A stretch of 62,450 bases of DNA, taken from a virus. Its lineage: Duplodnaviria; Caudoviricetes. Under the pieces are notes generated by a model. It was not told the DNA's origin, ran no database searches, and worked only from the letters and a program-made list of their open reading frames with translations. The position numbers and the translations under genes are program-made. Below, one piece after another: positions 54,978 to 62,450 of the stretch; position 1 is the first letter of the stretch; each line of letters begins with the position of its first letter. The stretch is from IMG/VR virus record IMGVR_UViG_3300042892_000658, positions 1 through 62,450 of that record; one strand, 5' to 3'.

Positions 54978-57338
54978 CTACCCTTTTACATCATTGATCA
55001 AACTTTCGTATGATTTCCAAAGCTGTTCTTCTTTAACAGCCATTGGGTTATCACCACGATATGGTTTATCACTGTATGAACGTTTAGCACGGTGCATATC
55101 ATTACCACTTGGAATAGCAGTATCAAGCCCACCAATTTTTTCATTTGGTGTATTTGTATATTCAATATCACGTTCTTCAGCAACTTCTAATTCAACAGGC
55201 TCAACCATACCTTGTGCAATAGCCGATGCTGCATCTTGTGGTAATTCAACTGCTTGTACTGTTGGGGCAACTTCGTCCATGCCGGCTAATTTACGGAACA
55301 AGTTAAGTGCATCTTCTTGGCCGTTAGCTGTAATGTTTACATTGATATCTTCTTTAACAGTATATTTCTTACCGTCAACTTCAAACTCTTTACTACCACT
55401 TGCTTTAGCTGCCGCTAGTGCGCCCGAGAATTCGTTGCCTTCTTCCATTTCTTCTTCTTCAATGGCACTGGTATCTTTGTATGATTTATCACCTAATTTA
55501 AATGTATCACCAGCGGGTGTATCTGCTAGTTTGCCAGTGAATGCATTACCTTCAACAACACCTGCAGCAGCATAGAATTTATCATGGCTAAAACGTGGAT
55601 TTTGTTGTTTAAATATATCAGCGTGATGTTGTGCTAACTCTTTACGTTTAGCTTCATCTGGAATATTTTTAATTAGGTTTGCTACCATTCTAAAGTCTTT
55701 ACGACTGGCAGCTTCGTTGATCGAACTTTCATCTAATGCGTCTTCGTGTTGGCAAGCGCATGATGACTCTAACATGCCACAGCTTTCACATGATGCTTGT
55801 TTAGTCGGCAAGCCTGCTAGTTTAGCAATTTCATCCAATTCTTGGCCTACCGGTGATGTTACTGGATTGGCATTTGTTGGAGAAGGAATATTTGATTGAT
55901 TAATATCTTCAGCTACTTCTTTACAGTAGTGACCATATGATGTAGCTACATCACTTAAAAAGTCTTCATCCATTAAAAGAATATTTCTAGCTTTATTTGG
56001 TGTAATACCTTGTGCTACCATTTCTTGGCGCACTGCGGTAACAAATTCGTTGCCAGCTGTGTCTAGATTAGGATTCTTATCACATAATGCTTTGGCAATT
56101 GACTCATAGAAATAGTCGCCTTCTTGTAGCATACGACTTTCTTTTAGTTTCATTGGCGTAACGTTGGTCAGTTTCGGAGTAGAGTTTTTAACTGTATCAC
56201 CAAATGCAATACCTTCTTCAACTTGACCTTTGTTATGTGCTTTCCATGCTGTAGCATAAGCAATACCTTTTTCTTTCTTAGATAGTTTGCCGTCTTTAGC
56301 ATAACCTTTCTTAATATGTTTAACCATACGTTCGGCTTTCTTACCCGGAGGTGCTACTTCATCTAAATCACTAACATCATCTTTTTGTGCTGCACCGCCG
56401 TAGGCTTTACCAGCAACTTTACGGATTGGTGTATTAGCATTGTTGCTGCCACGTTCTGCACGTTCATCTTCTTGACGATCTTTTAATGCTTGTAAACGTT
56501 TACGTTTAGCAATAGCATCTGCGTTAGGTGCTTCTGGCTCATCGTATTTGCCTTCATGTAGACTATTGTGTATAGCTGTGTGTACTTCAGCACCGTATTT
56601 GCTTTCTAATTGATTAAGTTCGACTTCTGACAGTGGAGTGCCGTCAACAAACGTTGCCGCAACACAATAAGCATCTGAGTAATCAGGTGCGTCCCATTGG
56701 TGTACGTCTTCAAAGTCCAAACTATTCATGTTAACTTCTTTGCCACCAATAACAACTGCTTGACTTTCATTTAGGCTGTGTTCACGTTTCTTCATAGCTT
56801 CAATAAAGTCTGCTAGTTTACAATCAGGATGTTTAGCTTTGTATTTGTCATAGTTAGCTTTGAATTTAGGATGTTTAGGGTTATATAGCTCGTACGGACC
56901 TTGGCCTTCTTTAATTTTTAATTTGCTTGTTAGATCTTTTGCGTCACCACCAAACATATCTTTAAACGCACCTTTGGCATTGTTTTTATCTTTAACTGCT
57001 TTCTTAGGTGGTTGATTAAAAGATGAGGAGTGACGTACACCGTATTCATCGTAGTCGTCGCTACTAAACGGTTTAGCTTTTTTTTCCTTAGCAGCTTTCT
57101 TCATTGGCTCTTTTTTATCGCCATCTTTATCTAGGTCTAAGAAGTCCGGTTTGGCAGATTCGTTAAATTTAGCAAATTTACCTGCTAGGCTTTTAACAGC
57201 ATTCATAATAGAACCTTTAGGCTCTACATTTTCATATACTGTTGGTTGGTTAACGCTTTCGTTTAACTGTTCTGATTTTGCGTTGTCATTCAGGCCTTTC
57301 ATTACACCTAAAATATTATACATTCTCATGTCGCTCAT
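54978..57338 (-). CDS. Large modular, charged head-associated protein
   Basis: 786 aa of short modules separated by xxE-(S/G) sites; DLDKDGD loop; two KLAG motifs. Confidence 0.6.
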   Translation of the reverse strand: MSDMRMYNILGVMKGLNDNAKSEQLNESVNQPTVYENVEPKGSIMNAVKSLAGKFAKFNESAKPDFLDLDKDGDKKEPMKKAAKEKKAKPFSSDDYDEYGVRHSSSFNQPPKKAVKDKNNAKGAFKDMFGGDAKDLTSKLKIKEGQGPYELYNPKHPKFKANYDKYKAKHPDCKLADFIEAMKKREHSLNESQAVVIGGKEVNMNSLDFEDVHQWDAPDYSDAYCVAATFVDGTPLSEVELNQLESKYGAEVHTAIHNSLHEGKYDEPEAPNADAIAKRKRLQALKDRQEDERAERGSNNANTPIRKVAGKAYGGAAQKDDVSDLDEVAPPGKKAERMVKHIKKGYAKDGKLSKKEKGIAYATAWKAHNKGQVEEGIAFGDTVKNSTPKLTNVTPMKLKESRMLQEGDYFYESIAKALCDKNPNLDTAGNEFVTAVRQEMVAQGITPNKARNILLMDEDFLSDVATSYGHYCKEVAEDINQSNIPSPTNANPVTSPVGQELDEIAKLAGLPTKQASCESCGMLESSCACQHEDALDESSINEAASRKDFRMVANLIKNIPDEAKRKELAQHHADIFKQQNPRFSHDKFYAAAGVVEGNAFTGKLADTPAGDTFKLGDKSYKDTSAIEEEEMEEGNEFSGALAAAKASGSKEFEVDGKKYTVKEDINVNITANGQEDALNLFRKLAGMDEVAPTVQAVELPQDAASAIAQGMVEPVELEVAEERDIEYTNTPNEKIGGLDTAIPSGNDMHRAKRSYSDKPYRGDNPMAVKEEQLWKSYESLINDVKG

Positions 57339-57339
57339 T

Positions 57340-57978
57340 TTATGCTCGTCCTTTATTTGTAGTTGGGATCTTATTTTGTTTGCTACCTACTGGACTTACT
57401 TGTCCTTGAGCAACATCATTGGTTGTTTTACCGTATGCTGGATCTTTCGCCCCACCTACAGTTTTGTCAGTGCCGTCAATTTCAAACTTAGCTGGTTTTT
57501 CTAATTCTTTAAGAATTGTACCAGCTTCACTATAGAACTTGCTAGCAGCTTTTTGGTCTTCTGACGCTTCTGGCAAAGGTTGTGTTAACACATCTTCACC
57601 TTTCTTAAATTCACGTAATTCACTTTGGCCATCAATGTTCCAGCGCCAAATTTCTTCTGGATTGTTTTTAGCTACAACCACAACCTGTGATTGCGGGCAA
57701 CCTAAACGTTCAGCAACGATAGCACGTAATTGAGCATCGTTTACTGGATATTTAAGACTAGCATCCATTAAAAAGATTTCGCAGTTTTGAATACTTGGGA
57801 AATCAATGTCGTTAGCTTTGATTGGTAGATGTTTGATTGCACCCAAGCTCTCAACTTCATAACTAGCTAATCCTATTTTTAGTCCGTCTAGCTTGTCTGC
57901 GGGATCGCAGTTGGCTACTTTGATACGGAATTCATAAATTTTTTGGTTTTCACCAAGATATTGTAAAAAGTTTTTCAT
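57340..57978 (-). CDS. Hypothetical head-region protein
   Basis: MKNFLQYLGE N-terminus; GATAAATA at 58004-58011. Confidence 0.7.
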   Translation of the reverse strand: MKNFLQYLGENQKIYEFRIKVANCDPADKLDGLKIGLASYEVESLGAIKHLPIKANDIDFPSIQNCEIFLMDASLKYPVNDAQLRAIVAERLGCPQSQVVVVAKNNPEEIWRWNIDGQSELREFKKGEDVLTQPLPEASEDQKAASKFYSEAGTILKELEKPAKFEIDGTDKTVGGAKDPAYGKTTNDVAQGQVSPVGSKQNKIPTTNKGRA

Positions 57979-58018
57979 AATTGTAAAAGATCCACTATAG
58001 TGTTATTTATCAAGAACA

Positions 58019-58516
58019 CTATGTTTTTTTGTTAAGTAGTTGCTTAAGTAGTTCGTTACGGTCAATAACTACACCTTGCCCGTCTTCTGCATCGATGAGC
58101 TTATCACCGTCTGTTTTCTTGCTTGCTTGGTCAATTTGCCAGTCTAAACGAGCTTTTTTCAGCTGTAAATCAATCGTTCTGAGCTTTTTATCTAACTTGG
58201 CTTGTTTGGCTGTAATAGCATGCCCTAGGAGTGTACCTGCGGTTGCAAGTATATGCCCACTGAAGCGTGCTTCTACGTTCATGCCCAGATCGATCAAGTC
58301 GTTAAACTTATCTTTGGCTAGGTCGCTTAGTTCATCTAGCTCTTTATCGCTAGTGTCTAGGTCATTGACCATTGGTAGGGCAGCATCAATCTTGTCAATG
58401 GCAAGATCAACCGCGGTAATCATTTCACGATTTTCTTCAATGGTGTGCTCTGCTTCTTCAGCAGTAACATCATCTGTTGGGGGTAGATTAAATAATTCTG
58501 ATAATTTTTGTGTCAT
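58019..58516 (-). CDS. Probable terminase small subunit (gp16-like)
   Basis: 165 aa helical; DL.DLGMNVE.R..G.I....L pattern and RNELLK.L tail; upstream of the large terminase. Confidence 0.5.
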   Translation of the reverse strand: MTQKLSELFNLPPTDDVTAEEAEHTIEENREMITAVDLAIDKIDAALPMVNDLDTSDKELDELSDLAKDKFNDLIDLGMNVEARFSGHILATAGTLLGHAITAKQAKLDKKLRTIDLQLKKARLDWQIDQASKKTDGDKLIDAEDGQGVVIDRNELLKQLLNKKT

Positions 58517-58539
58517 AGTAATACTATTTACACTAGAGA

Positions 58540-58971
58540 TTATCGTTTAAGATTTTTAAATATGTCGTGTTCTGTTACCACACGGAAACGCATGTTATTA
58601 GCTTTACACCAAGCATCTGCAGCGGCCCACTTGGCCATGTTAATTGCCACGCTGTATTTGTCTTTAACTGACCTAGCACTTTCCATAGTAGTCTGCGCTA
58701 GAGGTTTAATTTCTACTACTTCTACGTGTCGTTTTTTACCTGCATCTTGATATACTATAACAAAATCTGGTACATAGATAGTTTGTTTGCCTAGTACGGG
58801 ATTGTAATAAGGTATTTGTATACTTTCGCTGGCCCACTGTGTAACTGCTGGATTATTATCACAAAAGTTCATAAATGCAAATTCCCAACTGCTACGGTAT
58901 GTAGGAACTTTCTTTCCTATATACTTTTCTGCATTCTTAATTGTAAATTTACCGTTAGCGTACTTGGCCAT
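58540..58971 (-). CDS. Head-completion nuclease (T4 gp4-like, TnsA-type PD-(D/E)xK)
   Basis: YRSSWE..FM.FCD.N, W.SE...IPY, YVPDF, EIKP, N.AKW.AA, FRVVTE. Confidence 0.9.
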   Translation of the reverse strand: MAKYANGKFTIKNAEKYIGKKVPTYRSSWEFAFMNFCDNNPAVTQWASESIQIPYYNPVLGKQTIYVPDFVIVYQDAGKKRHVEVVEIKPLAQTTMESARSVKDKYSVAINMAKWAAADAWCKANNMRFRVVTEHDIFKNLKR

Positions 58972-59492
58972 TATGCTAAAATCATTCGTTCTACATATGG
59001 GCTAGTTCTAGGACTGTTACTAATACCCAATAGGCTAGTGCCAACTCTGTTTAAATTAAGCAACATTATTAGATACGCATCTAATTCTGTTACATAGGCA
59101 TAGGCAGTACTGGGACCTGGTTTAGCATACTGTTTAGTTCCAGTAGTCCAGGTACCTGTTTGGCTGTCAAACACATAATCATCTTGTGCTTGATCATTAG
59201 TTTCATGTGAGTAATATGTTTCTGGAGAGTTTAATCTATTTTTATCGTTTAAGGCTTTTAATTGATCAACTATACTCATTGGATCAATGCCTTGTTGTAG
59301 TGCTGTATAGATCACTGCCGCGGCTAGATTTTTACCTGTGTCTGCATTGCCTGTGATTTTTTGAAAGAACGCAACCACAGCATCGTTAATCATCGGACTT
59401 GTGGTTTGTGGTAAGTCGTAAAAATTATTAAAATATGCACTAGTACTTGCACTGTTGTTTGTTTGATTGGGTAAATTTCCGTTGATTGCCAT
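58971..59492 (-). CDS. Hypothetical structural-region protein
   Basis: 173 aa; TAATG coupling to the gp4-like gene. Confidence 0.65.
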   Translation of the reverse strand: MAINGNLPNQTNNSASTSAYFNNFYDLPQTTSPMINDAVVAFFQKITGNADTGKNLAAAVIYTALQQGIDPMSIVDQLKALNDKNRLNSPETYYSHETNDQAQDDYVFDSQTGTWTTGTKQYAKPGPSTAYAYVTELDAYLIMLLNLNRVGTSLLGISNSPRTSPYVERMILA

Positions 59493-59502
59493 AGTGTTAT
59501 TC

Positions 59503-60513
59503 CTATCTGTTAATCAGGCCACCGCCGCCGGTAGCACGTTTAATACCTTGTTGCACTGACGAACTAGTGGGTGCAAACACGGTACTAAATGGATTTTGCC
59601 CTTTAAGTATGCTGTTGCCAATTTTACTCAAATCAAGTGCAGGTGCTTGTTTAAGTTGAATATTAGTACCTGTGAGAATATTAACTGAATTTATACCGCC
59701 TTGAATTATTGATCCCAAGTCGCCGTTTTCGATCCCTTTAATGACTCCCTTGACTGCACCGATTGCTGCGCCAGCGTTACGTAGTGGACTTGGGGTATTA
59801 TCATAATGTATTTGATCAAAGCCCATTACAGTGCCTGCTTCAACTGGTCCTGATTCATATAATACTGACTCAAATGCCACAGTCATCTGATGCTCTAACG
59901 GAGTATATTCGCCTGCAGAGTGCTGACCGTGTGCAAACGATGTAATCATTGGTTTAACTAGATAGTATGCACTAAAACGCTTTTGATGTAGGCTATAAAT
60001 TCTAATTGCATTTATATAAGGTTGATTTTTATCGTCTACTGTAGGGCTATATCCCCACATTTGTTGCTGACGTTGTTTATACTTGCTGTCATAGGTATAT
60101 GTTGACTCATTACCTAAGTAGTCACTATCTCTATAGTAGTATGAGAAATAGTTTTGCCAAAACATACTTACAATATCAGCACTGTCATCGTGGAATGTTA
60201 TGTTAACAGGATCGTAGTTAACTCGTTCTTGCTGTACCATTTTACGATTATATGCATTATAAACTTTGTTTTGTACGTTAAATTTAGGTAGGTTAACAGA
60301 CTTGGCCATTAAGCCCATTTCTATTAGACTGTTTTGATCTGTTCCTGCTATATTTTGATTTAGGTCGATGAATACATGGTACAGGTTGCTAAGTTTGGGA
60401 CTTAGTCTGTATAAGCCGTCAACAAATGTACGGGCGGCGTGTTGATAGTCGCGTATGTTTTGTTCTGGTGCTATGGATTGGAGCAGGTCGCCCCAAATAT
60501 TATTCTGACTCAT
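59503..60513 (-). CDS. Tail-tube-like / baseplate-tube junction protein
   Basis: KSVNLPKF, YNRK, YDPVNITFHDD, LVKPMITSF..G, MTVAFE: gp19/gp54-like pattern; follows the tube gene. Confidence 0.7.
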   Translation of the reverse strand: MSQNNIWGDLLQSIAPEQNIRDYQHAARTFVDGLYRLSPKLSNLYHVFIDLNQNIAGTDQNSLIEMGLMAKSVNLPKFNVQNKVYNAYNRKMVQQERVNYDPVNITFHDDSADIVSMFWQNYFSYYYRDSDYLGNESTYTYDSKYKQRQQQMWGYSPTVDDKNQPYINAIRIYSLHQKRFSAYYLVKPMITSFAHGQHSAGEYTPLEHQMTVAFESVLYESGPVEAGTVMGFDQIHYDNTPSPLRNAGAAIGAVKGVIKGIENGDLGSIIQGGINSVNILTGTNIQLKQAPALDLSKIGNSILKGQNPFSTVFAPTSSSVQQGIKRATGGGGLINR

Positions 60514-60544
60514 AACTTATCCTATATACATTATTTATCGAGAT

Positions 60545-60571
60545 AAAAAAGCCCGGATTTTAACCGGGCTT
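60545..60571 (-). terminator. Intrinsic terminator after the tail tube gene
   Basis: GCCCGG/CCGGGC stem followed by T6. Confidence 0.85.
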
Positions 60572-60595
60572 GTATTAGTTTAATTTTCGTCTGGA

Positions 60596-61213
60596 TTAAC
60601 CAGTAATTACGGTACCAAATGTTCTTGTTACAGAAGCACCAATACCTGAACCTGTAGGTGTTTGTAATGCATTATCATAACGAATTGTTAGAGCAATTGT
60701 CATTGGTTCATTAGTTGCATAGTTATTATCGGCATAATCTGCTGCAGATAAGTAACAACCTTGCAGTTCCCAAGTTTCTAAGATGTTTGGAGTACTTGCA
60801 CCATTACCACCATCAAGAATTTCTAGAATAGTTTGGAATTTATAATCAATGCCAGAACTTGCACTAGCCTGTTCAAAGAAATCAAACTGTTTCTGCATCT
60901 GTTCACCGACACGTTTAGTAACTTCGCCACTGGCGTCATCACGCAGGTTGCATGAGCATTCTGCCCAGGTTGGTTTACCAGCTAGATAAACCTTACTGTT
61001 GTAGATTGGGATTTCAATTGGGTCAAAAGTTACCTGCGGACGTTTAAAATCAATAACCTGTTTAGTTAACTCAGTTGACGGTTGTGTAACACCAAAATTT
61101 AAGAACGTTACGCGAAAGCGGAACTTTAATTTTGGCATTAACAAACCCTGTGAGCTGGCACTTTGGTTTGTTGATAACGGCACTGTAAAATTGCTTAATG
61201 ATGATGTTGCCAT
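60596..61213 (-). CDS. Tail tube protein (gp19-like)
   Basis: PKLKFRFRVTF, YLAGKPTW, LRDD, WELQGC, LTIRYDNA; follows sheath. Confidence 0.88.
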   Translation of the reverse strand: MATSSLSNFTVPLSTNQSASSQGLLMPKLKFRFRVTFLNFGVTQPSTELTKQVIDFKRPQVTFDPIEIPIYNSKVYLAGKPTWAECSCNLRDDASGEVTKRVGEQMQKQFDFFEQASASSGIDYKFQTILEILDGGNGASTPNILETWELQGCYLSAADYADNNYATNEPMTIALTIRYDNALQTPTGSGIGASVTRTFGTVITG

Positions 61214-61265
61214 CTTATTTTCCTTTTAATACTTTATAGTATTTACCATTTTTTCTATTGCAAAC

Positions 61266-61285
61266 TGGGAGAGTTACCTCTCCCA
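61266..61285. other. Hairpin between the sheath and tube genes
   Basis: TGGGAGAG-N4-CTCTCCCA, with only a weak U-tract. Confidence 0.5.
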
Positions 61286-61298
61286 TTATATGCGTATA

Positions 61299-62450
61299 TT
61301 AATTAATTGTTAACGCTGCGCCAGTGTTTTGTAAACGTACTGGAATATAAATGAACTCAATTGCTTTAACTGGTTGAATTGCAATATCAATCCACAACTC
61401 GTTAGAATCAATACGTAACGGAGTGTTGTTGGTTGTATCGCAAACTACCAAGAAATCATAGATACCACGTTTAGCAACTAAGTCATTAAACACTGAATCA
61501 AATGCCGCTTTAACTTGGCTACGTGTAATAGTATCATTTGGTTCAAATATAAACGGTGCAGCTAGTTTTGCTAATACTGTACGTAAGTACACCACTAAAC
61601 GAGCTACGTTAATACGATCCATTGCACTTGCTGATGCTGAACGTGTTTTTTGACCGTATGCAACTAAGCCTACGCCCGGAAGTACTGTTAATGGGTTAAT
61701 GCTGTTTCTGTAAAGAACATCACGTAGACCATTTGTAACTCCGATACTTACATATACGTTGTCATTGTTACGATCAACATAACCAATGCTTGATACGTTA
61801 TCAATTAAGCCACGACGTACACCAGCTGGTGCAAACCACGGATAGCTAACTGCATCACTACGGATTATTGTACGCAACATCATATGACTTGGCGGAACAA
61901 CTACTGAGTTACCATCTAAGTTAGTTGCTAAACCACTTGGATAGTAAACACCTAGATATTCACTACGGCTTACTAGGCCAGTTTCGCCATTGTCTGCAGC
62001 AAGGTTAACATTACGTGCCCAATTGTCAATCGATGTACTGTCTGATGGTAAATCAATTGGACTATCACCAATAATGAACGCTGTGTTTACACGATCGTTA
62101 TTTAAAGTGATCATGTCTTGGATTAATTCTGTGTAACCCGGGCAGCAAATTAAGTTAAACTGTGTTTGGTCTTCACGTAATGTTGTGCTTGATGCAATAG
62201 CAGCTTTCAATGCTTCTGTAACTACGCTACGTTGTGCTTTGTAACCAAAATATGGAATACCTGTAGTCGGATCTTCACCGCTAGCACTTACCCATGCATC
62301 AGCTTCTGTACTACCGACTGCGACTAATTCTGCACTTGTAAAGTAATCTGTCTTAAATGATTTTACATTATAACCACTGCGACGTGTATTAAACAATAAT
62401 GTACCACGTGCATATAGTTGATAATCAGGAGCATCTGGATCTAAATGATC
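61299..62450 (-). CDS. Tail sheath protein (gp18-like), C-terminal part; open to the right edge
   Basis: YPWFAPAG.RRG, INP, GQKT, DRINVARL, FEPND..TR, VCD.TNNTP, P.KA.EFIY; the frame stays open to 62450. Confidence 0.95.
   Translation of the reverse strand, partial: DHLDPDAPDYQLYARGTLLFNTRRSGYNVKSFKTDYFTSAELVAVGSTEADAWVSASGEDPTTGIPYFGYKAQRSVVTEALKAAIASSTTLREDQTQFNLICCPGYTELIQDMITLNNDRVNTAFIIGDSPIDLPSDSTSIDNWARNVNLAADNGETGLVSRSEYLGVYYPSGLATNLDGNSVVVPPSHMMLRTIIRSDAVSYPWFAPAGVRRGLIDNVSSIGYVDRNNDNVYVSIGVTNGLRDVLYRNSINPLTVLPGVGLVAYGQKTRSASASAMDRINVARLVVYLRTVLAKLAAPFIFEPNDTITRSQVKAAFDSVFNDLVAKRGIYDFLVVCDTTNNTPLRIDSNELWIDIAIQPVKAIEFIYIPVRLQNTGAALTIN

Noticed and set aside
54994-58550. Long plus-strand ORFs (54994-55575, 58029-58550, and similar ones such as 23785-24249)
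   Set aside because: They are antisense shadows of well-supported minus-strand genes, with no SD or recognisable motifs.
58540-58971. TnsA transposase / Tn7-like element
   Set aside because: Motifs and position match the T4 gp4-like head-completion nuclease; no tnsB/tnsC or terminal repeats.
1-62450. tRNA genes, introns/inteins, alternative genetic code
   Set aside because: None recognised by eye: terminase, UvsX and UvsW are uninterrupted and of normal length, and genes end in all three standard stops with tight packing. A tRNA scan was not run.

Overview
This window is part of a large T4-superfamily-like lytic myovirus genome, probably jumbo-sized. Nearly every gene is on the minus strand. 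Reading in the direction of transcription (right to left): tail sheath (cut by the window edge), tail tube, tube-like/baseplate protein, gp4-like head-completion nuclease, probable small terminase, several acidic modular head proteins, large terminase, gp32 SSB, UvsX and UvsY. A ~35 kb accessory region follows: RpoZ-like protein; methyltransferase, TauD, desaturase, B12-radical SAM, flavodoxin-fold reductase and ahcY; a general porin; a pho-box pstS/oprP/plcP-like operon; two nucleotide-sugar/glycosyltransferase operons; a SleB-like hydrolase; an array of promoter-headed early cassettes; an AAA ATPase; small membrane proteins; and fhs. Then come UvsW, a SPASM radical SAM, a gp62-like clamp-loader subunit, a 190-aa miniature DnaE, and an Mtd-N-type tail fibre that the ORF track missed and that runs off the left edge. 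The most notable items are: a candidate new NDP-sugar pathway that follows heptose-pathway logic with different enzyme folds; a minimal PolIII-alpha core; a pho-box operon with a PlcP-like phospholipase C; C1/methyl-cycle genes beside methylating enzymes; leaderless transcripts and nested early/late promoters; identical promoter repeats fused to gene ends; and two candidate structured RNAs. All assignments come from motif recognition by eye; no searches were run.
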